Positions 43,105 through 53,367 of a DNA stretch of 64,000 nt are shown here, piece after piece (within the stretch, counting starts at the first letter, position 1; every line of letters starts with the position of its first letter). Below the pieces are notes generated by a model. That model ran no database searches. It was not told where the DNA came from and worked only from the letters and a program-made list of their open reading frames with translations. The position numbers and the translations under genes are program-made. This stretch comes from an uncultured Pseudomonadota bacterium (lineage in GTDB: Bacteria > Oederibacteriota > Muellerivitia > Muellerivitales > Muellerivitaceae): assembly GCA_963843375.1 (NCBI GenBank), contig CAWJKT010000008.1, forward strand, positions 192,001 to 256,000, written 5' to 3'.

Positions 43105-43773
43105 ATGCGATGCAATGGTGTCGACATCCCGTTAAAAGCCGTCCTATTCGATTTGGATGGGACTCTGATTGACTCAAAGAAGGACATCGCCGGCGCCGCC
43201 AACGCCGCCCGAGTGCATTTCGGGATGCCCGCCCTTCCCATCGAAACCGTGGTGGGTTATATCGGCTGGGGAATCGAGCATCTCAACCGCAAGGCTTTGG
43301 AGACCGAAGACCCGGCGAGACTTTCGGAAGGGCTAGAAGTCTTGAAATCCCATTACCGAGATCATTGTGTGGATCAAACCGTTATCTTTCCGGGCGTCCG
43401 GGAACTTTTGGATTTCCTCAAGGGCCACGGCATCAAAATGGGCCTGGTGTCCAACAAACCGCATGAGTTCACCTTAATCACATTGGAGAAGTTAGGTCTC
43501 GCCCCTTATTTCGCAGTGGCTTTAGGTGCGGACGCGACCGCCAATAAAAAGCCCCATCCTGAACCTCTTTTAACGGCCCTAGCCAAATTAGGCGCCAAAC
43601 CATTCGAAGCGGTCATGATCGGGGATTCCCCCGTGGACGCCCAGGCCGCCCGAGCGGCGGGAATGCTGGTGGGATTGGTCAATCACGGTTTCGTGCCCAA
43701 GGAATACTTGAATTCTTCCGATCCCGATTGGCTCACGGATTCCCTGGCGGACTTTATCGACATTTTAAGTTGA
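43105..43773 (+). CDS. gph: HAD-family phosphatase (phosphoglycolate phosphatase-like)
   Basis: FDLDGTLIDS, SNKP, KKPHP, IGDS..D. Confidence 0.8.
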   Translation: MRCNGVDIPLKAVLFDLDGTLIDSKKDIAGAANAARVHFGMPALPIETVVGYIGWGIEHLNRKALETEDPARLSEGLEVLKSHYRDHCVDQTVIFPGVRELLDFLKGHGIKMGLVSNKPHEFTLITLEKLGLAPYFAVALGADATANKKPHPEPLLTALAKLGAKPFEAVMIGDSPVDAQAARAAGMLVGLVNHGFVPKEYLNSSDPDWLTDSLADFIDILS

Positions 43774-43878
43774 TCTTGTTCGCTTCCCAAAACACCCCAT
43801 TTGAAAGTTTTGGGCAGGGATTGAATCCGGCCCCAGGGTTATTAATGTTTAAGAAGAAGCAAATGTAGGGAGCCTGTC

Positions 43879-44298
43879 ATGAGCCAGGAGGATATTCGGA
43901 TTGCCGAGATCCAGGAAAATTTGCGGATCTCCGCGGCCGAGGAAAACACTAAATTCGCCGAGGAATATATCGAGGCGATGAAAACCCGCAACCTGGAAGC
44001 TGTCGCCAAAAATCTGCATCCTGATCTGCATTTTGTCTGGCCCATGGGCGAGACGCATAATCGGGAAAGCTTTCTGGACACCATGCGGCAGGCCTTCGCC
44101 CATTTGGAAAAGGTAGATGTGACTTCCCGGTTCTCGTCGAACAACCAGACTGCTTACGTGTATAACATGTTCTTCGCAGTCCCAGCCCGCCCCATTCAGG
44201 CCGCCAGCGTGCTGACGCACGAGGATGGAAAAATTAAAAAAATCGAAATGATCTACGACTCAAAGGTTCTGGGGAATTATTTAGACGTTCAGAAATAA
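43879..44298 (+). CDS. SnoaL/NTF2-like protein
   Basis: YIEAM..NLEAV..LHPD..F..P and DGKIKKIE..YD pattern. Confidence 0.7.
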   Translation: MSQEDIRIAEIQENLRISAAEENTKFAEEYIEAMKTRNLEAVAKNLHPDLHFVWPMGETHNRESFLDTMRQAFAHLEKVDVTSRFSSNNQTAYVYNMFFAVPARPIQAASVLTHEDGKIKKIEMIYDSKVLGNYLDVQK

Positions 44299-45179
44299 TT
44301 CCGGACTTTTAGGTCCTGAGCCCGGGAGCCTTCCCAAGCCAGAAGGGCTTTCTTACGGGTGGAACCCCATCGGTAATCCCCCAAAATTCCTGTTTCTCGA
44401 ATGACCCGGTGGCAGGGAATCAGGTAAGCGATGGGATTTTGCCCCACCGCCGTTCCCACTGCCCGCGAAGCTTTGGAGTCCCCCATCCGTTGGGCCACAT
44501 CCTTGTAAGCCAGCACACATCCGGTTGGGATTTTCAAAAGGGCTTCCCAGACTTTGAGTTGAAAAGAGGTGCCCTTCAATAAGACTTTGATGGGCTTGGT
44601 TCGCTTGAGAGTGCGGGGTTGAAAAACATCACTCGCCTTTTGGCCGCCATCGCCAAGAACGAACTGGGCTCCCGACCAATTCTTTTTCATTAAGGCGAGG
44701 GCTTCTTTTTCTCCTCCCTTGCCTAGAAACCAAAAACCGCATAGTCCTCTTTCGGTCGTGGCCGCCAGAGCCTCGCCAAAGGGTGTGTCCTGGACGCTAT
44801 ATTTGATTCGAAGTCCCTTACCCAGGGCCTTGTATTCCCCCGGCGTCATAGCCTCCACGGAAACGAAAAGATCATGCAGCCTTCCAGGCCCGGACAGGCC
44901 GGAGTCGTAAGCCGCGTCAAGGATACTGCGCGATTCCCTCAAGCGTTCCTTAGCCTTTTCCAACGTCAAGTATTGCAGGAACCGCTTAGGGCTGACGCCC
45001 GCCCAACGCCGGAACAGTCTTTGGAAATGAAAAGGGCTCAAACCTATCGAATGTGCTACCTCATTCAGATTCGGCTGGTTTCGCCAATGGTCCTCAATGT
45101 ACCGTATGGCCTTTTCCACGCGGAAGTAATCGGTTTCTTTCATGACAGTCACCTCTTGAGGAAAAGATAGAGGTTCCAT
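44289..45179 (-). CDS. ada: AraC-HTH / O6-methylguanine-DNA methyltransferase fusion (Ada-like, no N-terminal Zn domain)
   Basis: LSPFHFQRLF HTH, GTSFQLKVW, ASRAVG, IPCHRV active site. Confidence 0.88.
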   Translation of the reverse strand: MEPLSFPQEVTVMKETDYFRVEKAIRYIEDHWRNQPNLNEVAHSIGLSPFHFQRLFRRWAGVSPKRFLQYLTLEKAKERLRESRSILDAAYDSGLSGPGRLHDLFVSVEAMTPGEYKALGKGLRIKYSVQDTPFGEALAATTERGLCGFWFLGKGGEKEALALMKKNWSGAQFVLGDGGQKASDVFQPRTLKRTKPIKVLLKGTSFQLKVWEALLKIPTGCVLAYKDVAQRMGDSKASRAVGTAVGQNPIAYLIPCHRVIRETGILGDYRWGSTRKKALLAWEGSRAQDLKVRNYF

Positions 45180-45290
45180 CGGAAATAAACCACCCGGTTC
45201 TTGCGATTCAAATCTGAAAGAAAATAGAAAAGTGATTTATCTCGAGGCTTTCTAAATACAGAGTGATGGCTTTTTTAAACCGGGATCATT

Positions 45291-45626
45291 TCAATCAAAC
45301 ATGAGGAGGGTCGATATTTTATTCACAACCTCTTTAAGGACCGCTCCAGGAGCCTTTCCTTTGTAAGTGACTCGGCGTTTTCTCCAATCCAAGTTCTTCA
45401 AATGGTCGGATAGGACAACTCCCTGTACTGAACCGGATGTGATTGCCACCTCAAACGGATAACCCTTAGCTTGCGTTGTCATTGGACACATCACTGCCAA
45501 CCCCGTCTTACGGTTATATTCCTTGGGGGATAAGACCAAAGCAGGCCGGTGGCCCGCTTGTTCCCGCCCAGCTTGAGGGGTGAAATTCAACCAAACCACG
45601 TCACCTCGGTCGGGGGTATATTCCAT
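45291..45626 (-). CDS. mazF: Type II toxin endoribonuclease MazF
   Basis: PDRGDVVWLNFTPQAGREQAGHRPALVLSP, KGYPFEV, LDWRKR. Confidence 0.95.
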   Translation of the reverse strand: MEYTPDRGDVVWLNFTPQAGREQAGHRPALVLSPKEYNRKTGLAVMCPMTTQAKGYPFEVAITSGSVQGVVLSDHLKNLDWRKRRVTYKGKAPGAVLKEVVNKISTLLMFD

Positions 45627-45629
45627 GGA

Positions 45630-45869
45630 TTACCAAACCTCTTTCCCGACCGCAGGCCCGGTTTTTGTTGCCCCGTGCAGGTTTTCCGGTTTCACCTTCG
45701 CCAATAACTCTTTGAGTGAAATCTTGGTTGGGCTGGGCTTAATTAAAAGATGCCCCCGGTCTTCCGTAATTTCGACCGGAGCCCCAGCTTTCACTTTGAT
45801 ATGCTCCGCCATCGACTTAGGAATTCGAAGGGCCAGGCTATTGCCCCATTTCTGTACCACCGTTTTCAC
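45630..45869 (-). CDS. mazE: Antitoxin MazE (AbrB fold)
   Basis: QKWGNSLALRIP, C-terminal G..VGKEVW; GTG at 45869 after GAGGGGG RBS. Confidence 0.93.
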   Translation of the reverse strand: MKTVVQKWGNSLALRIPKSMAEHIKVKAGAPVEITEDRGHLLIKPSPTKISLKELLAKVKPENLHGATKTGPAVGKEVW

Positions 45870-45885
45870 AATATCCCCCTCGAAA

Positions 45886-45928
45886 ATGTATATACAATGA
45901 ATATACATCACTATACCGCGAAGGTCAA
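45886..45928 (-). promoter_or_regulatory. mazEF promoter with overlapping palindromic operator
   Basis: TTGACC, 17 nt, TATATT on the minus strand; inverted repeat ATGTATAT-N7-ATATACAT (45886-45908) containing the palindrome TGTATATACA. Confidence 0.75.
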
Positions 45929-47457
45929 ATCGGTTTTTTTACAGCCCGGGATCGGTTTGAATTTATGTCGCGCAATCTCAAAACAAAACACAAAGGCGTT
46001 TTTTCACGCTCGACCCGGTAAATGACTTCTCTTTCCTCCTCCGGTGCCGGCTTCAACCCCGCCCGGGTCATGAGGATGGCGTAATCGGCCAGGTCTTTAT
46101 TCGGCTCGAAAACCATGTTGGGGCTGAAATAAGTTTGGGACTGGAAAGGCTTGCCCTCGGCGTAAATCTTGTAGATCTGATTCGGGTCCTTAATCTCATT
46201 GGCCTTCAGCCATTGGACGGCTTCCTTCATGCTGGCCGCCCAGTAATCGGTCTCGTAGTTGCCGTAGGCGCCCCTGAAGCCGCCGACCAAGACATTGAAA
46301 TAGGTGTATTCATAAGGATGAAGCCGGACCAATTGGCCGCTCGTCTCGAAGACGCCAAACAGGGTCAAGCCCGCCACAACTTTTCGAAGATTTCCCCAAG
46401 GTTTATCCCCGAAAAACTCGATGCAACCCACAGCTGCCAGAGCGGCCAGAAGAGGCAGAAGATATAAAAAGTGCCTCAGGCCGTCGTAAACCGCGGGATG
46501 AAGCAAAAAATAAATCCCCAAGTTCAAAAAAAAGGCGGCGGCCAGTAAAACAAAGAGCGGGTTGTATTTAGTCTTTCTGGACAGCCAAAAAGACCCCAGG
46601 AAAAAAACCAGGATGAAAAGGGGCGTCGTGATGCCGATCCAAAGAGGCAGGTAATACCAGGGATAGGAGAGCGAATTTGCCATGTGGCCCATGAACAAGA
46701 AATCGAATTTCGGCGGAAACCGAGCGCTTAAGGAAACCACCAAAGGTAAATTCAGGAAATAGTTCTGGCCGATGAAGGGCCATAAAATCGCGCAAAGGAT
46801 TTGGGACACCACCAGCGTCCCGAACCATCCCCAAGCTTTCTTCTGAAGCCAGGGGAGAGCCGGTTTTCCCTTCCCTTCCCAATAAACGTAGAAGTCGTAA
46901 AAAAGAAGAATCGGAAACAGGGTGAACCCTACGATCCTTGAACTGATGGTAAAGCCGAACAAAAGTCCCAAAAAGAACCAGCGGAATTTCAACTCCGGGA
47001 ATTTTCGCTCAAAAAGGTACATTATCGTAAGGCTCAGGAAATAAAAGATGGCAAAGGGGATGTCCTTGGGATTAGCGGGGATACTCCCCAAGAAAGGAAG
47101 CGAAAGGAACAAAAAGACAGGACCGCAAAGGGCCCAAAGGCCCGAACCATAGGCGGACAAGAGCATTTCGTAGAGCGCCCAGAAAAGGAAGGCGCCGAAA
47201 AACAGGTTCAACAGATGAAAGGTCTCGTAGTTCGTTTGGCCGGTGATAAAGTTAAGGAGAAAGGTATAAGGATAGGTGTGTTCCGGGTCCATATAGGCCA
47301 TGGGAACGCCGCGAATCAAGTATTGATAAAGCTCCGCTCCGCCCTGATAAGTATCCTGCTCGTCCCAGGTTGGGCCGTAATCGCGGTAAGTGGCGAAGGA
47401 AAAAGCAAGATAAAAGAGGAGGAAGCCGAAAAAAGGGATGCGCTTTTTCATTTTCAC
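45925..47457 (-). CDS. GT-C fold (ArnT/GT39-like) membrane glycosyltransferase
   Basis: YGPTWDE loop, NPKDIPF, PWYYLP, YDGLRHF, HPYEY.YFN, TDYW. Confidence 0.75.
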   Translation of the reverse strand: MKMKKRIPFFGFLLFYLAFSFATYRDYGPTWDEQDTYQGGAELYQYLIRGVPMAYMDPEHTYPYTFLLNFITGQTNYETFHLLNLFFGAFLFWALYEMLLSAYGSGLWALCGPVFLFLSLPFLGSIPANPKDIPFAIFYFLSLTIMYLFERKFPELKFRWFFLGLLFGFTISSRIVGFTLFPILLFYDFYVYWEGKGKPALPWLQKKAWGWFGTLVVSQILCAILWPFIGQNYFLNLPLVVSLSARFPPKFDFLFMGHMANSLSYPWYYLPLWIGITTPLFILVFFLGSFWLSRKTKYNPLFVLLAAAFFLNLGIYFLLHPAVYDGLRHFLYLLPLLAALAAVGCIEFFGDKPWGNLRKVVAGLTLFGVFETSGQLVRLHPYEYTYFNVLVGGFRGAYGNYETDYWAASMKEAVQWLKANEIKDPNQIYKIYAEGKPFQSQTYFSPNMVFEPNKDLADYAILMTRAGLKPAPEEEREVIYRVEREKTPLCFVLRLRDINSNRSRAVKKPI

Positions 47458-47572
47458 CGGACAAGGAATTTAATGCGCTATTCTATCAGGGGTGATCCGA
47501 ACCGGCTATCTTTCCAGGTCCAAGGTTGCGGAAGAATGGTTCAAGTTCAAAGCGCGGAGGTAAAAAAGGGAG

Positions 47573-48115
47573 ATGAGTAAGCCGGTATTCATGAATTTTT
47601 CATTCCTACTTTTAATCGCGGGGTGGCTGCTTCTTCCCTCTTCCCTAGGGGCTCAAACGGTCGAAACATTGAAGATCCTACCCACCCCCATATGCGCGAT
47701 GAAATCCATAAGACTGCCGACTTATCCGATGAAATGGAACAATCGGATTATCCAATATGGTCCCCAAGCCAGGTCCCTTCCGGTGACGGTTTTTTCAAGT
47801 CCATTTCGGCGCAAGACGGCTTTGTTCATCCTGCGCAACCCCGCGGATTGGATCGCCTTTTACAGGCCGGTACCAGCCCCCCAACCTCCCGTGGACTTTA
47901 AATCCAAGATGATTATCGTGCTGGTATTCCAAGATTGTCACGACCAAGTGTCCTTCTTGAGTTATTGCAATTATCCGGACAAGATCAATGTTTCGATTGA
48001 GGATTACCAATCGCCCATACAATGTGACCACAGAATATATCCCGGCGCGATTGCGGCCATCGCGGTTCCAAACTCGACCTCGCGGTTATCTTGGAGTATT
48101 ACCTTGCGCCAATAA
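47573..48115 (+). CDS. Secreted hypothetical protein with PrcB C-terminal-like segment
   Basis: Signal peptide ending SLGA; PPVDFKSKMIIVL motif. Confidence 0.5.
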   Translation: MSKPVFMNFSFLLLIAGWLLLPSSLGAQTVETLKILPTPICAMKSIRLPTYPMKWNNRIIQYGPQARSLPVTVFSSPFRRKTALFILRNPADWIAFYRPVPAPQPPVDFKSKMIIVLVFQDCHDQVSFLSYCNYPDKINVSIEDYQSPIQCDHRIYPGAIAAIAVPNSTSRLSWSITLRQ

Positions 48116-48314
48116 GCTTGGTCTTTCGGAACAAAAATAGTTTCCGGCTCTTTTTAAATATCAAAATCCGTCTTTTTGAAAAGTTTTCCCGAGTTGTCAT
48201 GGGTCCTGGCGTTATTTTTAATATCTCCCTAATGGCAACGCCTCGCTTTTACTGTTATAAAATCCATTCAAAGCTAAGAGGCATTAGAACGGCGTTCCCG
48301 TTCTCGGAGATGAA

Positions 48315-48659
48315 ATGAAGAAAGTGTGGTTGTGGGTTGGGCTGGGGTTGGTGATGGTCTGGATGGCGGGAATCCTTCTGGCGAATTTCACGAATATCGA
48401 TCCCGATAAGCTATTTGACGGCCTTTCCTCCTTTAAATTCTCCATGGACCGGCTGACGCTTTTCGGGTTAGTCGCGGTTTCTTTAATGCTCTTTTGTTAT
48501 ACCTTTGAAAACCGAAGCCGGTGGTTCATTTTGGGATTCGCCGGGGCCTGCGGCTTGGGTTCGGTTTATGGATTTCTGCAAGGGGCCTGGCCCTTTGGGT
48601 TGGTAGAAGGAATTTGGGGAATCGTTGCTTTGCGGAAATGGTGGTTAACCGCAACTTAA
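48315..48659 (+). CDS. Small membrane protein (CBU_0592-like)
   Basis: YGFLQGAWPFGLVEGIW motif, 3-4 TM helices. Confidence 0.55.
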   Translation: MKKVWLWVGLGLVMVWMAGILLANFTNIDPDKLFDGLSSFKFSMDRLTLFGLVAVSLMLFCYTFENRSRWFILGFAGACGLGSVYGFLQGAWPFGLVEGIWGIVALRKWWLTAT

Positions 48660-48906
48660 CCTTCATCCGGGCTATTGGATATAGGCAATTGTATTTAATG
48701 GATTTTAGTAATAAGCGCTTTATTGGACCCTACAACAGCCTAACTTCGACAGGGCATTACCCCATTTCATTCTCCAGCTATCGCAGTGGGGTTCATCCTT
48801 AATGGGGTTAAACTCCTGAAAAACAGAGTCGTTTATCGACCCTGGAAATGGAAAGACCCAATGCCCCTCTCTCTACGGTTTAGGGGCACGGGCCGGGACA
48901 TAAGAT

Positions 48907-49254
48907 CTAGTGCTTCGAATGGATGGCCTGGCTGCCCCGTTCACCGGTGCGGATGCGGATAACTTCAAGGATTGGGGAAATGAAGATTTTGCCGTCGCCG
49001 ATTTCGCCCTTTCGGGCGGCCTTGACAATCTCCGCGACGATCTTTTCGACCCTATCGTCTTCCACCACCATGGATACCACCATCTTCGGCAGGAGGCCCT
49101 CGACGTTCTGGCTCCGTTCAACTTCCCGGGCGCCTTTTTGAGTTCCATGTCCCTCGGCCTCATGGACTGTCACTCCCGGATAACCGATAACCTTCAAATG
49201 GTCCAAAATAACCCTCAGGGCGTTCGGCCGGACGATGGCTTCGATTCGTTTCAT
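48907..49254 (-). CDS. P-II family signal transduction protein with non-canonical T-loop
   Basis: MKRIEAIVRP, G.G.QKG, LPK, GEIGDGKIF, RIRTGERG. Confidence 0.92.
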   Translation of the reverse strand: MKRIEAIVRPNALRVILDHLKVIGYPGVTVHEAEGHGTQKGAREVERSQNVEGLLPKMVVSMVVEDDRVEKIVAEIVKAARKGEIGDGKIFISPILEVIRIRTGERGSQAIHSKH

Positions 49255-49256
49255 TC

Positions 49257-52200
49257 TTAATCCTCCCCCCTCTTCTCTTTTTTATACAAATGCTCTATCC
49301 TCTTCAGGAAAACCGGAAGCAGGGTCAAGCTGAGGGTCATTGAGGCGCCCAAGCCGCCCAAAATGGCCACCGCGAATGGCCGCGCAGTCTCCGATCCGAT
49401 GGCATGGGACATGGCCGCCGGGAGCAACCCGATGATGGCTACACCGTTTGAAATCAGGATGCTTCGACCCTTTTCCAGCAGGGCCTTGGATGCATCCCGG
49501 GTTTTGACAAATGCCGAAATGATCATCATGGCAGTTAAAAAGGACACCCCGATGCGGATGATACCCCCGGCCGCCGCCGAGATGCTGAGGTTCAACCCCG
49601 CCAACCGCAGGGCCGCCAGACCCCCCACGGTGGCAAAGGGGATTTCCCAAAGCAAGATCGCAAGCAAGACCCAGTCCTTAAACCAGGTATATATGATGGC
49701 GATCATGACAACCAGGCAGATTGGCACGATGATGCTCAACTGGCGGCTGGCTCTTTCGGCGTTCTCGAAAGTGCCTGACCAGTTGTACCAGTAATGGGGC
49801 GGAAACTTGACCCCAGCCTTGATCTGGCTGTCGGCGTCGTTCACGAAATCCACCACCGCCCTTCCTCGCACCGAGCATTTGCAGGCCACGCGCCTTTCCC
49901 CTTCTTCGCGGTAGATATGCGAGATGCCGTTAACCACCTTGGCGTCGGTCACCTCGCCCATGGGCACATAGCCCCCGTTGGGCATCTGTATGGGGATGGA
50001 ATTCAGGACGTTCGGGGTGATAACGGGCGGCAGGTCGGGCTTGACCAGGATATCCACGTAGCGACCCTGCTTGTCCACCATTTGACCAACCCACTTACCC
50101 GAAAGGCAGGTGGAAAGCACATCTTCCGCCGTGGCCACCTGGATTCCGTAACGATCCAAGGCGTCCCGGTTCATCACATACTGCAATTCGGGTTGTTCCA
50201 AAAGCTGTTCTTCGTCAACGTCCGTGCCACCGGGGGTCTTTTGCAAGATCGCCTCACACTGGTCCGAGAGATTTTGAAGGGTCCGGATATCCGGGCCGTG
50301 GATCTTGAGGGCCAATTCACCCATGACTCCGGTGATGAGCCTCGTCTACGTTGTCCTTGATGTATTGGGAATAATAAAAGTCCACCCCATCAATGTCCTT
50401 TTCCTGTTCCCGGATCAGATTGTCGAACCCCTCGATCGAATCGGCGCTTTTCCATTCTTCCGGGTCTCCCAAGTCCACCTGGATTTCGTCCGTGTCCAGC
50501 CCATTGATGTCGCTTCCGTCATCGGGTCGCCCGATACTGGGAAACCACCGACTTGACCTCGGGGATCCGCATCATCCGTACCCTTATTTCATGGGCCAGT
50601 TGAACCGACTTCTCCCGGGAAATGGTGGGCGGGGCGAAATAGCGGATCCAAAGATTGCCCTCGTTCATCTGAGGCAAAAATTCCGTGCCCATTCCCCAAT
50701 TGAGGGCAACGATGGCGGCTAGAAGAACAAAGCCCGCGATCCAGGCGATATATTTGAACCCGTTGAACCAAAGCATGACGCGGTTGCAGCGGTGCAATAT
50801 CCAATGGAAGACCACGTCCGATTTGCTGTTCTTGACACCGATGGGCGCCCAGGCCGCGCACATGGGAAGGAAGATGAAGGCACCCAGCTGTCCGCCCGCC
50901 AGAGCGGAAACCAGCGTGATGCCCAGGGGCCGGAATATTTTGCCCTCGATGCGCTGGAGGCTCAATATGGGGATGAAAGCGATGAGCAGCAGGAAGGCGC
51001 AAAGCAGGGCGGGCCCCAGAACCTCGGAAAGGGCCAGGGCGTTTTCCTCGTCGTCCTTTCGTTTTTGCCGGGCCAGGGTAACGGTCAGGGCCTCGGCCCC
51101 GAAAACCGCAGTCTCAACGATGATGCCGAAGTCCACCGCGCCCAGGGAAATCAGATTGGGGTTATACCCGCAGAAGTGCAGCCCCACGAAGGCCATTAAG
51201 AGCGCGAAGGGGATGATCATGGCCACACCCGCCGACATGGCCCAATATTCCACACCAAAACCCAAGATCAAAAGCGTGCAGACCAAGGCGACCCCGAACA
51301 TGACATTGTGGAAGACCGTGCGGCTGCTGCGATGGATGAGGTCTCCCCGGTCGTAATAGGGGTGAATCTGGCAGCCCTTGGGAAGGACATCCTCGTTGAG
51401 ATGTTTGACCATCTTGTGGATGGCGGCCAAGGTTTCCAATTCATTGGCGCCAACCCGCACATTGATGAGGGACCGCACCACGTCGTCCCGCAGGCCCTCG
51501 CCCGACTGCCCCAAGCGTTGGTGGTGGCTGATGACCACCTTTCCAATGTCCCTAACTCGGATGGGCGTGCTGCCGTTGGTGGCGATGACCGCGTTTTCCA
51601 GGGCAATGGGGTCGGCGTAAAGTCCGATGGATCGCACAATGTAGGTTTCCTGGCCATGCGTGATCCAGTCCCCTCCGGCGTTCTGATGGTTATTACCCAG
51701 GTTCTGAGCGATTTGGGCGTAGGTGAGCCCCAGGGCCTTCATACGGGGGGTGTCGATTTGGATCTTAATAACGCGGGTGGGGCCGCCCAAAGTTTCCACG
51801 TCAGCCACGCCCGGGAGGGTCTCGAAGGCACGGGTAATTTCCCAGTCCTGGTACATGCGTTGTTCGTCTACGGGCAGGTCGCCGTCCAGGGTGTAGCGGA
51901 AGAACTGGCCCGTGGGGGTGGCGTCGGCGTTGAGGCCGGGGGTAATCCCCGTGGGAAGGTTGGCGTTGCCCATGTAACTGGTGGTGTCGATGCGGGCTTT
52001 CCAGTCTGGAATGTCGTCGTTGAAGGTCAAAAGAATGGAGCTCAAGCCATATTCGGAGAGTGAGTTAGAATTGATGACGCCCGGTGTGCTGCGGGTGGCC
52101 ACTTCCAGCGGCACGGTGATAAGGCGCTCAATCTCCTCCGCGGAGTGTCCGGGCCACTGGGTCTGCACCTGCACTTGGACGTTTGTAAACTCGGGGAAGG

Positions 52201-52321
52201 CGATGATCTCGCTGTTGAAAGCAATAAAAGCGCCGTAGCCGATGATCCCTAGAAGCATGATGAGGAAGAGCACGAAAGCTTCTTTTTGGAACCGCATCCA
52301 TTTTAAAATGATGTTAACCAT
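49257..52321 (-). CDS. CusA/CzcA-family RND permease 1 (divergent; frameshifts near 50520 and 50340)
   Basis: AFPEFTNVQVQV, EIERLITVPLE, GAVDFGIIV, EGKIFRPL, GTEFLPQMNEG, IGSETARPFA. Confidence 0.9.
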
Positions 52322-52388
52322 TTTTATTCCTTTGATTCCCGGCTTGATTCCATCGCCAGGCTTTTAAACTATCTTGAAAACCGGTTTC

Positions 52389-53342
52389 TCAGCTGCCCCC
52401 GTAGATGCCGTTGATCTTGCTAAAGAGCAGCAGCGCTCCGTCCGTGCAAACCGAATCCCCCTCCTGCAAGTCCCCGGTCTTGACAGGCCGCACATCGCTG
52501 GTATCGTCCGTCTCGTTGACGATTTGCACCGGCACCGCCACTGCGTTTTTCTCGTCGCCCTTGAGCACGTATTGCACTTCCTTGCGAAACACGATGGCCG
52601 AGGTGGGAATCTTCAGGACGGGCTGAGCCGCCCCGGTTTCCACCGTGCCGTAAACCAGTTCCGAGAGGTTGACCCCGGCGGGTAGCGGAACGGGCCTAAG
52701 CCGCACGATGGTGGTACGCATGTTGGGGTCGATGGTGGGCACGATGGTCTCAATGGTGGAGGTGTAGGACGTTGTCGGGTCGGAGGCCAGTTGGAACGTG
52801 ACCTTTTGCCCGATGTGCAGGTCCAAGACATATCTCTCGGCGATGTCTAGTTCCACCCGCAGTTTGCGCATATCCAGGATGTTGGCCAAGGGCTGACCCT
52901 GGTTGTAGATAGTGCCCGCACTGACAAGGTTTTGAAGGATCACACCGGTAAAGAGAGAGACGATCTCGTAATTTCCGTTTTCCACCTTGACCCCCAGTTG
53001 CTTTTCACGTTCGTTGGCCGCGTCGATCAGGTCCTGAAGGCCGTTTTTCTGGGCCAGGCGCTTTTCTTCAGCGAGGGATTCGCATTCCGAGTCGTTGACC
53101 AGGAAAAGCGGGGTGCCCGGCTCGACCTTATCCCCCTCCCTTTTGAGCACGGCCTCCACCCTTCCGGTGGTATTGGCCGACTGGTTCTTCAAAGCCCCCG
53201 TCTCGGGGATGGTCATACCCGTGACTCGAAGACCCGTGATCTCCTCCCCCGTCACAACCTTCGTCCATTGGTATTCGGTGGCCCAGGACTGGGCTCCGGC
53301 TGCCAAGACCGCCGTTAAAATGAAAGCTGGAATGGTTTTCAT
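52389..53342 (-). CDS. RND efflux periplasmic adaptor (MFP) 1
   Basis: Signal peptide from ATG 53342; EGDKVEPG lipoyl-like half motif; PTIDPNMRT, IPTSAI, GDSV..DGALLL. Confidence 0.85.
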   Translation of the reverse strand: MKTIPAFILTAVLAAGAQSWATEYQWTKVVTGEEITGLRVTGMTIPETGALKNQSANTTGRVEAVLKREGDKVEPGTPLFLVNDSECESLAEEKRLAQKNGLQDLIDAANEREKQLGVKVENGNYEIVSLFTGVILQNLVSAGTIYNQGQPLANILDMRKLRVELDIAERYVLDLHIGQKVTFQLASDPTTSYTSTIETIVPTIDPNMRTTIVRLRPVPLPAGVNLSELVYGTVETGAAQPVLKIPTSAIVFRKEVQYVLKGDEKNAVAVPVQIVNETDDTSDVRPVKTGDLQEGDSVCTDGALLLFSKINGIYGGS

Positions 53343-53367
53343 CGTCGTCTCCTTCTTAAAAATAAAA

